From Kondoa subrosea (taxonomy: Eukaryota), in NCBI GenBank assembly GCA_039545335.1, contig BCIN01000008.1, positions 693,528-757,527 of the forward strand: DNA of 64,000 bases, read 5' to 3'. The notes below the pieces were generated by a model. The model saw only the letters and a list, made by a program, of their open reading frames with translations, ran no database searches and was not told the DNA's origin. The position numbers and the translations under genes were made by a program. Each line of letters starts with the position of its first letter. The first letter of the stretch is position 1. Below, one piece after another: positions 1 through 10,711 of the stretch.

Positions 1-1141
1 GTGTACGATCTTCAGAAAAGCGTACTCACCTGAAAAAAATGGCGATTCTGAATTGCAGCAGAGATCTCGGATACCATAGACTCAGCAAATACGCGGCGCC
101 CGGGAAGAGACCTTCAAAATTCGATCAATACTACATTACGCGAGTGCTGAACCGAAACCTACCAGCTTCGAAGATCTTATGAAAGTCATGATAAGTCAAG
201 ATCTGATATAAAGAAGCCTTGCACCTACCCCGAGAAGCACTCGCATAGCGATCAAACCACCGAAAGTCTCGATCAACCCCATACCGATCATTGTTATGCC
301 AAACAAGGTGACAATAAGACTAAGCCAGATCTTGGGTGCCAGCTTCTTCAACATCAAATTTGCAGGTACTTCAGCCAGACTGAAGACTCAACATAAGCCA
401 ACAGAAATGTCTTACGCATAAGAACCAAAACTCACTTGTAGCTGACCTGTTGCAGACTAGTAAGCATCGATACGAGGTCATCATAGATCCGGAACGCACG
501 AAGAAGATCGCTAATGTTGCCGGCCAATAAGTATTGGTCGAGCTCACGCAAAAAGGGAGCATACACAGAGCAAGAGCGTAATCTGAAGATCTGCTCAGCG
601 CGAAAAATCTCACATCAGAGAGTAGTTGCGCACCTCCAGAAGTCATGTTGAGATCCTTTTCCAGGCCACTCAAACTGCGGCCGCGAAATTTAGCTCATTA
701 TACCCAAACATTGCTCCTTACTTACCGAGCATTGCCAATGCTGGAAATCTTTCGGTAAGCTCTTGTATATCAGAAGAGTCAGTGCCTCTCACTTTCCGCT
801 GTTTGGAATGTATCAGCGAGTGTTCCATTGTCAGATGACTTCACAACAACTTACCGATCCAGGAAGGCTACCAGATAGAGAAGGGCCTGCTCGGATCACG
901 CCAATAAGTGAAAAAGCTGCGGCGCGCGAGACATTGGACTTGCAAGAATCGGCAGGAGATGTAAATCAATCTGAATACCCTTGTTCTTGAGCACTCAATT
1001 CCAGCCTTTGCACAAATTGCGCACCTTGCGATACAATCGCTTCTCTGCCTTTGCATCCAGCATTACAGTGGGGACAGCAGATTTCTCAAACACATGAGAG
1101 TCCTCCTTATGCTGATACTCTTGCTTATCTTCTGTATTCAT
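1..1141 (-). CDS. MFS transporter, anion:cation symporter (allantoate/nicotinate permease-like); 3' part runs off the window
   Basis: Spliced peptides AEKRLYRK|IDLHLLPILA, LLYLVAFLDR, IGNAR, LSGLEKDLNMT and VPANLMLKKLAPKIWLSLI are typical of Dal5/Tna1-family TM1-4. Confidence 0.85.
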
Positions 1142-2537
1142 CTTTGAAGGGTATCGTCGGATGATGGAGCAGAAAGAGGAGTCCCCAAAGAAAGCTGACA
1201 CGGCTCCCCGCTATGCATAATCCGTTTAACAAAGGCAGTCCACTCGATTTTGGTTTGCCCATGTGTCACAAGCTGACACAAAAAGCTTGGCATAGTTTGG
1301 TAAAACGTTGACACGAAGTCACATCTCTGGGAGCAGCGATTAAAATAGAGCAAGCTTCCCAGATAAACAAGCAAGACACGAATAGAGCCTTGACAAATTG
1401 TAGTCAATAAAGCCAGGAAGATTCAGATTATCAACAACGCGAAATTCCTGCACGATCACACCGTGTTATGCGGCGAAGGATCGAAGTGTTATACATGAGG
1501 GCGATTCTGGTAGAGTAGGCGAATCAAGTTTGTTGTAGCTGGAGAAAGAGCGAGGTTTGAGGGGTTCGCAATTATTGTCTAATTTAAGGCCGAAGTTTCA
1601 CTGTCCAACAAGAGCTGCAAAGTCTTTGTCATTTGTATCCAATGCTGCTGTCGTGAAAGGCGGAGTATCTATGTCAAACTTTCACGTCGAGCGCGTGGAA
1701 TCAACATAAGACACATCCACCATTTGCCAGCCGTGTCTGTGACATACCTAACAGAATAGGGAAAATATAGGTCAGTCGTCTGTTACAGTCGAGCTTGGCT
1801 GAATTGTATTCGGTGATGTAGACCTCGCATATTTGTTTGCTTGCTCATCGCAAATAGTCAACGCATCTTGAGGGGAGTCGAAATCTGCCTCTCACAGCAT
1901 ACGATGATCACATAGGATAGAATGAAGACTTAGCATGGAAGCGAGAGCGATGATCATGTGGTGAGCCTGAAATTGATGCCAAATAGTGTTAGATAGCAAG
2001 GCGGGACATACGCTTGTTCATACCAAAGTAAATGAAAGTCCTGAGCAAACGAAAGTAGACAGCAGTGCAAAGCATGTATGGGCGCACCACAGTGCAAGAC
2101 ATACATCTTGACGCAGAGACACAGACAAAATGACCTACCTATCAGGAGCAAGAGAAAAAAGAGAGGAAGACACCAGATTACCAGAAGCGAGGGGAAATCA
2201 GCTTGAAAGAGCAAGAAGGCGCTCTGCAACGACAGCAAGAAGGCTCGGATTGTAGTAGAGGCAGCAGTCGTGCAAAATCGTCGGGAAAACTTTTTAAAGT
2301 AAGATACCAGTAAGTGCACACAGACGAAAAGTATACAGCTAGAGCTTCACGAGAGAGAAACAAAGAGAGGAAGGGAGAAGGAGGACAGTTTCGCCGGCAT
2401 AAACCGGTGTTTCCGAGGCATTTCAATTTTCAACGCAGAGTCTTATTCTCTTGTCGGCCTCTCTTTGTCAGTAGAAGATTCCCTAAGCCAGGCTACACAG
2501 CTGATACGTATACCTGCTACAGAAGACAGATCCAACC

Positions 2538-3774
2538 ATGTCTTCTACAACTGTCCCTACTCAGCAGCAAGTGCTTGCACCAGAAACCCTCTTGGTTTGT
2601 TTTGCTGCTATGCGACATTTATGACGGGCCTGATCAGCAATGTGTACATTTCAACAGAAAAAGAGGAAGTCTACAGACAAGACTAGAGAAGAAAAGGCAG
2701 CCAAAGCCTCAGAGCTCAAGAAGGTGATTAACCCTGTTCTTTCTCGGTCGCAACCTGGCGCACGCACACTATGGTCGCTGTGATGTTCATCAATTATACC
2801 CAAATTTCGGATTTGTCCATTAAAAGGCCTTTTAGTCGGGGTCGGGCAAGCAAGACGTCAAATCTTTTGACAAATTAACCATCTTTCGGATCTGAGCACC
2901 TCATCATTCTTCTTCTCTGTCATGTATTCGTACAACTGGAAGGACAGATGCTGATCCCGTGTTGTTGCAATTGACAGGCTCGCAAAACCAAGCGTCAAGC
3001 TCTTTTCAAGCGTGCAGAACTTTATGTTAACGAATACAGGGCGAAAGAGAGGGAAGAGATCAGGCTGAAGCGTGCCGCAAAGGCAAAGGGAGAATACTAT
3101 GTTCCAGCTCAACCTAAAGTCTACTTTGTCATCCGTCTTCGCGGTATCAACAACATCGCACCAAAGCCAAAGAAGATTCTGCAACTCCTTCGTCTCCTTC
3201 AGATCAACAACGGTGTCTTCATCAAAGTATCCAAGGCTACCACTCAAATGCTTAACTTGGTCGAGCCATACGTTACCTATGGAGAACCAAACTTGAAGAC
3301 TGTTCGCGAACTCATCTACAAGAGAGGTTATGGAAAGATCAACAAGCAAAGAATTCCTTTGAGCGATAACCAAATTGTTGAAGGCGCTCTTGGCAAATTC
3401 GGCATTGTTTCAGTTGAAGATGTCATTCACGAAATCGCTACTGCTGGACCTAACTTCAAGCGTAAGTGGTGGCATACTAGCATCCGACCCGATCTGATTA
3501 CACATGTGCCATCTCACAGAGGTCTCATCTTTCCTTGCACCTTTCAAACTTTCCAACCCTACCGGCGGCTTCAGACACAGAAAATTCAACCACTTTGTTG
3601 AAGGTAGGCAATATTTTCAGCTTCAGCTGTATTGATCTCACTCCTGTTATCTTCAGGCGGTGCTACTGGTGACCGCGAAACTACCATCAACAAGTTGGTT
3701 CGCACCATGAACGTTAGTGCACTCTTTCTTTTCTGCTGTACCGCTCTTCTGACAATTCTACGATCTCATAGTGA
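2538..3774 (+). CDS. RPL7: 60S ribosomal protein L7 (uL30), multi-exon
   Basis: [23 protein letters not shown]...[31 protein letters not shown]...[25 protein letters not shown]...[15 protein letters not shown]. The stop TGA lies just after the last intron. Confidence 0.97.
2777..2897 (+). ncRNA. Intronic box C/D snoRNA with two LSU rRNA guides (snR39B/SNORD2-like D guide; snR40-like D' guide)
   Basis: Lies in the unusually long (~255 nt) RPL7 intron. C-like box GTGATGT at 2780-2786. Guide TATACCCAAATTT followed by D'-like CGGA (2808-2811). Guide ACCATCTTTCGG (2878-2889) followed by D box CTGA (2892-2895). The guides are antisense to conserved LSU AAUUUGGGUAUA and CCGAAAGAUGGU. Confidence 0.9.
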
Positions 3775-3966
3775 GCGTCGGATGTGTTGTGAATTGGGAT
3801 CGAAGTGGAAAGTCGGGCATAGTGATCGCATGCAATGAGCAAGACTTCCGGAAAACTCTTTCATGTCCACTTGTCACTTTCTGGTGTCACTTTCTGTATC
3901 ACATTTGATGCTCAGTCCACCCAATCCGATGCCCGTATATACACAAATATGCAAGGTATAATTATG

Positions 3967-5605
3967 CTACGCTGCTGATGCTACTTGTTCTTCACTATGC
4001 TCCCTCATAAGTCTTCTCATTCTCAACAGATCATCCGACACTGCTTGCGCTTGATCTAGTGCTTTCTTATTGCTTGCTTCTTGCTCGTAGAGTTGTTTCG
4101 CTAAGGCATTGCAAACCGTTCGATATTCGTTTGCATATTGTAGCTGTACTTCGTTGATTTGCTCTAGATGCTGCTTCACTTCTGAATGACTTGCTTGCCT
4201 TGCTTGTTGTAGTGCAACGACTTGTTCGACAGCCAATCAGATACAACCCGATTACGCTTTTCGAGATGACAAGGCACTCACTGGTTTGGTGCTTGGCTCT
4301 AAGCTCTTGTACTTCTTTCTCATGCTGCCTTTGAATCTCAGCTAGAGTATTTCGTAAGCCTTCCATCTCTCTTCTAATGCCAATTGAAACATTTGTAACA
4401 CCACTCTTGATAGAATCATATTCACTCTCAGCTTTCTTTTGCCTTTCGATAGCTTGAGCCATGATGTTTTCCATCTCTTTGTTCTTCTTTGCATGTTCTC
4501 CGATTTGCATCTTCAAATTCGTATGCGTACTTTCCGAAGCTCTAGCTCTAGCCAAAGTTTCTTCCAACATTCTTTCTTTCCTCGCCAAAATTTTGTTCAA
4601 GCCTTCATTCTCCAACCTAGCTCTTTCTTTACTGCCATTCAAATCCCCAACTTGTCTACTCAAGTGTTCTACTGCTTTTTGACTGATTCTTAATTGATTC
4701 TTTGTCGTTTCCAAAGCTCCTTTACTTTCACTTAAAGCCAATTGTAAATCCGATACTACTTTTCCTGTACCAGAAGCAGCTGATTTTACTCTATCTGCAT
4801 GTCGGGAACCAACATCTGATGAACCGCCATAAAAGACGCCTGGATTTGATGAAGCTAAAGATCGGGAAGAATACATAGGGTGAGAAGAGAGTTTGGGTAT
4901 ACCGGTTGAAGTTGAGGAAAGGGAAGAAGTATGAGACGTGGTTGAGGTTCTTGAAGAAGGTCGACGAGGTAAAGGAGCTTGAGGAGGTGGACCAGAAGGA
5001 AGAGGTGTCGCTCTTGATGACGAAGATGATGCAGAGTAGAGTGGTAAGTCGAAGAAGTCATCTGAAGGACGAGGAGAACGAGCTCTTGACACGTCATGAT
5101 TGTTTGCTGACAACGCGCGAGACATCGAGACGGCGGCGATTGGGATGCGGGAGAAACGTGCAGAGTTATTAGAGTGATTGCTAGATTGGCTCGAAGTAGA
5201 GTGAGAGAGGTCAGAAGTAGCTTGTGAGCGAGTCAAGCCGCCATTGAGAGAAGGCGAAGAAGGTTCTGAGTCTGTTTGTTCCCGCTGCTTTCCTTTTGCT
5301 GTTACGGGTGTCACGCCGTTAGTATGACCAGGAGTACTCCGCGAACGTTCGACAGGAGTATGAGAGAAGGAAGCGGCTCTCGAGCCAGCAGAAGGAGAAG
5401 ATACACCAAACGCAGGGCCATTGCTAGGACGTCTCTTCATGCCAGGCGAAGGCAGACCATGAGCTGTACTCTCCCTTGCTTCATGCAAATTCAAAGCACT
5501 GGGAGGTCGTCTAATTGTTTGATTTGAAGAGCTCTGGGGCAGACTGCTTCTTCGCTGCGGCTCAATCCTCGGGCCAGTGTCGCCTTGCGCTGTTGCTTCT
5601 GTCAT
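3967..5605 (-). CDS. Ser-rich disordered N-terminus plus long coiled coil; She3-like fungal protein
   Basis: 530-aa ORF plus a 3' exon; heptad region GKVVSDLQ...LARKERMLEE. Confidence 0.6.
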
Positions 5606-5685
5606 GGCGAGCAAGCCACGGTCACGCGTCGACAAGCGAATCATTGCCAGAAAGTCCAAGCGTCATCTCGAGACAGCGAAGCGAT

Positions 5686-6716
5686 ATGCAGAGGTGCTTT
5701 GCAGGTAACAGACTGGGTCTCTCCTCCTCTCCTTTCCTTCTTCTACGCGTCAATCAGCGGCAGCATCCTTTCCATGTCTTGTCTCGCTTGTCGTATTCTT
5801 CACCTTCCGAACCAAAACCTCCTCTGCCCGCTACATCAGTAGAGCAAGTCAAGCCTAAAGACCGCTTTGAGAATATCTACACTTTGCCCAACTTGCTCAC
5901 ATTGTCACGGATCTTCGCATGTCCTGTTTTGGGCTATTATCTAGTCAATCATCAATATGGACCTGCTACTGCGCTACTAGTATACGCGGGAACGACTGAT
6001 CTGGTCTGTTCCTTGTCCTTGTATACATATCCAAATTGTGACAAGCTCGTAAAGGTAGACGGATGGTTGGCTAGAAGATTCAATATGGGTTCTGTAATGG
6101 GCTCGATACTGGATCCAGCGGCGGATAAGCTGCTCGTCACTACACTTACGGTAACTCTAGCAGTCAATGGAGCGTTACCTCGTCAGTTTTGCTTTCCTTT
6201 CTTTTGACTAATTCTGATTGTAATTAGTTTGGCTTGCGATATTAATCATCGGCAGAGATGTAGGACTATCGTTCTCTGCCTTTTATTGGAGGTATAAGAC
6301 ACTCCCACCGCCTGTATGTCGAACCCTGCTTTCTGATAGTGGATATGCTGAGCGTTGATCTTTGCGCGCAGAAAACCTTTATGCGGTTTTGGGACTTCAG
6401 TATACCTGTGAGCCGCGCAAATCTACTGCTCAAGAATGTGCTTAGAAGGCCTGCCGGTTGATAGAGCGCCGAGGTCAAACCAACTCAATTGAGCAAATAC
6501 AACACCTTTTTACAACTTTGCCTCATGGGAGCTACTACGATCAATCCATTGCTGGCGACTAGTGTTCCGCTATGGCCTTTGCAGTCAGTCGGATGCGATC
6601 ACTTGCCTGCTTCTGGTTCAAGACTTATTTGCATTGACAGATATACTGTTGGAGCTACAACTGTACTTTCAGGCCTGGAGTATCTGACATCAAGAGGAGT
6701 AAAGGTATTGAAGTAA
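5686..6716 (+). CDS. CRD1: Cardiolipin synthase (CDP-alcohol phosphatidyltransferase)
   Basis: ENIYTLPNLLTLSRI, D-x2-DG-x2-AR...GSILDPAADK motif, SKYNTFLQL; mitochondrial presequence-like N-terminus. Confidence 0.93.
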
Positions 6717-6789
6717 AAGACGGAAAGAGAGCAGAAAAATAGATTAAACATATTGTATATATCATAGATCAAAATTAGCTTCGAAGCGT

Positions 6790-8275
6790 TTATGCACTAG
6801 CCATAGTACCCGCTAAACTTCTCCTGAGCGCTTCGGGATGCCCATTCGTCTCAACCAACTTTTGTAAAAACATTCTATCGCTCAGCGCTATCGATCTTCT
6901 TTTAATTCAAGAATCACAAAAGATATGTAAAATCGACGCACGAGTTCTCAACAACTTGCTCTCTTCCAGGACTCGCATCAATTTAGCAGCTTCCAGCCTT
7001 CCCATGCCTTCTTCCATTTCAAACCATTTAAACTGACTCTTCTTGACTATTTCACCATATGTTCCTAAATCTTCATACGGAGAAGAAGAAGAAGAAGTTG
7101 CTTTTCCAACATCTTTTTCGCTCAAGACTTGAAGCGCTCTTGATTGATGTAATGATTCACTACCACTAGTTGCTGCGAGACACATTCCCCTAGCAAACGA
7201 TTTTGCTCCATTCAGATATTGCAAGAGTGTTCTCGGAACAGATAGAGCGAAAGAATCAATTGTGCCAGAAGTAGAATCGGGTGAAAGATAATCTGATGGT
7301 CTGAATAAAGATTGAGCAGAATCTATGGCTAGTAGAACTGGTGCTTCCTTTTGACTGGCTAAGAGGTCCAAGAAGGTTGGTAAAGATTCAGCTGGATTCC
7401 GTAGAGCTTCCTTGAGTTTATTGTTGAGCGTTGAGCCTTCTACGTTGATGGATTTGAGAAGTTCTTCGTTTGTTGTCAGTAGGGTTTTGAGGATAGATGC
7501 TGAAGCGGAAGATTGTAGATATGTTTGACTCTGGGAATCGTAGGAGATGAGACTGCTTGAATTGACGTATACTGTTGCTGAAGGAATGTAGAGCACAATC
7601 CAGCCAGTCGATAAAGCTTGATCTACAGCTTGAAGTAATGCTGTTGATTTGCCACTGCCTTGTTGACCAATCATGAAGTGTCGTTGATCTTTTGATGAAA
7701 CAGACGCGGCGGCCTGTAATAGCTTCTTTAGTCGATGCGTAGTTCGACGAATAATCGATGGAGTATGTTTCGCCAATGCGAACTGAGATTTTACGGTAAG
7801 AAGTGAAAAGGGTCTTGCGAGAATACTACAAACCTCTTTCTTCAGCTTTGCAGGAATTCCAGCAGCAGCAAACGCTTTTGTTGCTAATTCACCATACCGA
7901 GCTGCTTGAGCTGAAGTGCTAGGTTTCGAGAGGAGCTGTTGCAGTAGCGTATGAGTGATAGTTCCCACCAGTACTGAATCAAACGTACAGCAGACAGAGT
8001 ATCCAGCCGAGAGAAATCAGCCTGCTCTTGCACCAAATCTGAAGACACGCCTTGTCTCGTATTTTGTGCTGCTGCGATCTGGAATGCAGTCAGAATGAAG
8101 GGATCCTTATGGCTCAATGTAAGTAGCTGACTTCTGGCTTGATGCCTTTTCGCGAAACTTGTGCCATTGCGACTTTCTTCTTGGGTATTACTTTCACTTG
8201 TTTCGCTTGCACTCGTGATGAAGTGCTCAAGCAGCGGATCTGCTTCAAGCCTCCAGCCGCATTCGAAGCTGACAT
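6790..8275 (-). CDS. RSM23: Mitochondrial small-subunit ribosomal protein mS29 (DAP3/Rsm23)
   Basis: Presequence ending CLSTSSRV, P-loop GQQGSGKST, GWIVLYIP, PVLLAID. Confidence 0.85.
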
Positions 8276-9245
8276 CGCTAAAGTTTGAAGTCCAATGATA
8301 GGGATTGGAGCGATAGTCTTCAAGGTGTTGCAGCAGAGGATAGCAGATCTTCCAGATTACGGCACTTTGCAAACCGAGACTTATGGCGGTAGCGAGACAA
8401 CTCAGCAATTTCGCAAAAATGCAGGTTGTACTTAGACTGTCATGTGCTTTTAGCTTCTCTGTGCTGAATCTCAAATCTGCTTTAGACTGATGTGTTCTGC
8501 TGATATGTGTCTTTGTGTTTGCCTGCTTTGTCGATGAGGAGTCGGAGATGATTTTCGAAGCGCTTGTTCTCAAGGCTCCTTGCTTTAGATGCGGCTCTGG
8601 CGAGCGCTCGGATCCATGCGCACTCTTACATCCAGCGATCTGGGCAGTGTCTTTCGCAATGGGACCTCCAGCGAGAAGTATCAAGCCCACTATCATAGCT
8701 TCTTCCAGCGAGAAGCACAATCTTACCGTAGGGGTTTTTTGCAATGGAAAGCACACACGCATATGATTGTACGACGAATCGCTGCCTTTACAGCTCTGCG
8801 GAGACGATGGAATACTACCATCGCAGACTCAACCCATTCTACTACTAGTCGGTCGACAGCCAAATCGTTTGAACAGGAACGGCTCGATTCGGAAGGCCTA
8901 GTTCGCGCCACTCGAGGCTCACAAAACCTGCAACAAAGTCTTTTTCCTCTCTCTCTTTCTTCTTACTCATAATTTCCCACTTCTACGCGCGCTTTCGTTT
9001 CTTCATTTGATTATCATTTTCTGCTCCCGATTGCTCTCAGCTTCAGCCAGATGTGGCACAGCGACCGATTGCATCGGTCCTTCGCTGCATCTGGTTGTCA
9101 ATTATCGAACAAGCTAGAGATTGGTGCCTCCTTTCAGCAACGACCGATAAGGAATACGAGAACAGCAGATCTTGACTCGTACTAGCCATATAGCAAGAAG
9201 GGCGAACAGGCCATAACTTGCTGGGACAGTCAGAGGTCGAAGCAA

Positions 9246-9546
9246 AGGCTGGAACAGATTCGTAGTCTGCATCCGCTTGAGCTTGACCGGGTCTTTCGAT
9301 TCGCGAGGTTGATTTGTTGCTTTAGGATCACAGTGCCTAATCTCTGTTCTTGCTTGCTCGAAAATTTACTAGCTGTGGAGGAAAGTATATATGAATAGAT
9401 TAATGACTTCGTTCTCAATGTTTGTGGGCAACCTCAGTGTAATCAGATGCGGGATAGTGAGTGATCGTATCAATCCATCGCCGCATCTGGCTCTGGTCAC
9501 TGGTCGAGCATAGGCTGGAACAGGTGTTACAAGTCTGCATCCGCTT
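9246..9546. repeat. Imperfect ~34-bp direct repeat (2 copies) in an apparently non-coding region
   Basis: AGGCTGGAACAG-N6-AGTCTGCATCCGCTT at 9246-9278 and AGGCTGGAACAG-N8-AGTCTGCATCCGCTT at 9512-9546. Confidence 0.85.
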
Positions 9547-10061
9547 ATGTACAACCACCCCTCTTCAGAGGTGTCGTCCGATAATTTGAAGATTGCCGCT
9601 ACAACGAGCATGCTGAAGCACATATATGCCAATGTACATAAAGTCATCGATGAAAATTGCTGGACCTGATTGACAATATGTTCTTTTTTGAAGCATTACT
9701 TCAATTCCTAGTACCTCCTAAATGCAGATGCCAATGAGAGGAGCAAAAGAAGGGTGCAGCTGTAAAATCGCTCTAACGCAAGCCAGCCGTGAACGAGACT
9801 TGGTATCTGATACGACGGTTATGCTTCATTTGAAGCCGCTGACTGGAAGCTTGATGGCATCAAACCGCTAATCCAGCTGCAAGCTGATAGGCATCTATTA
9901 GAAGAAGTAGCGAGCTATAAGTAGCACTGACCATAGCTGCAGATGGGTGCATGTTGGCGAACTCGTGCATGTCGACTCGACCTCGAGTGGCTTGAAAGCC
10001 TTAGCGAAACTTCTAATGCCAGGTCAGTTGACTCGGCGACCATCCAAATTGTGTGACTTAC

Positions 10062-10631
10062 CTATATGGCAGCCTGGAATCTATCCTTGAGTTCCGATAG
10101 TTTAGCTTGACACCGCTGCCAATTCATGCCAGTCTCTTGCTTTCCAATTCCACTCATAGAACTCAATTGATCTTCCAACGGTGTATCCCTCATTGCTTCA
10201 CCACCATGCTCTAATCTAAAGTGATCTTCCGCTTCCTGATCTCTGCCAGCAACATCTTCCAACCTGAGCTTGCCCAAATCAATGACTAATTTCCTGAGTT
10301 CTTCCACCAGATCGGAACGCTGACGAGAGATCGATAGAGCCAACAGTGCATTCGCTTGACCTCTAGCTTTACCCAGAGCTCGACCAGCTTGAGCTCCCAA
10401 TGTATAGCCAGAATCAAATCCAGCTTGCAGATGAGCTTCTTTGCCTTTCAATATCCCTTCCCTGTAGCCTTCCTATTCATCACAGCGACCATAGATAGCT
10501 TCAGCTTGAAATAATTCACATAGGCGAGTCGAGCGAACATCGTGAAAACGTGATTCCAGCTTATCATACTCTTGTCCTGCTATTTGCTGCCCTCCATCAT
10601 CACTTTCAGCCCAGATAGAGTCGTCGGTCAT
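10062..10631 (-). CDS. YAE1: Yae1 family Fe-S targeting adaptor
   Basis: MTDDSIW...LESRFHD|EGYREGILKGKEAHLQAGFDSGY deca-GX3 motif. Confidence 0.85.
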
Positions 10632-10711
10632 CGTCAACGCACAAAGACCGAAACTTGTATTATTTTTCTTGCTTGCATACGTCGAGTCTCGCCGCGCTCT
10701 CGCCTGGTGTC

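Noticed and set aside
2729..2737. TAACCCT telomerase-template-like word
   Set aside because: A single heptamer at an intron start with no template/pseudoknot context.
7884..8762. 292-aa ORF overlapping the RSM23 5' end
   Set aside because: Reads through the promoter and intron of RSM23; only part is in the RSM23 frame and the rest looks non-coding.
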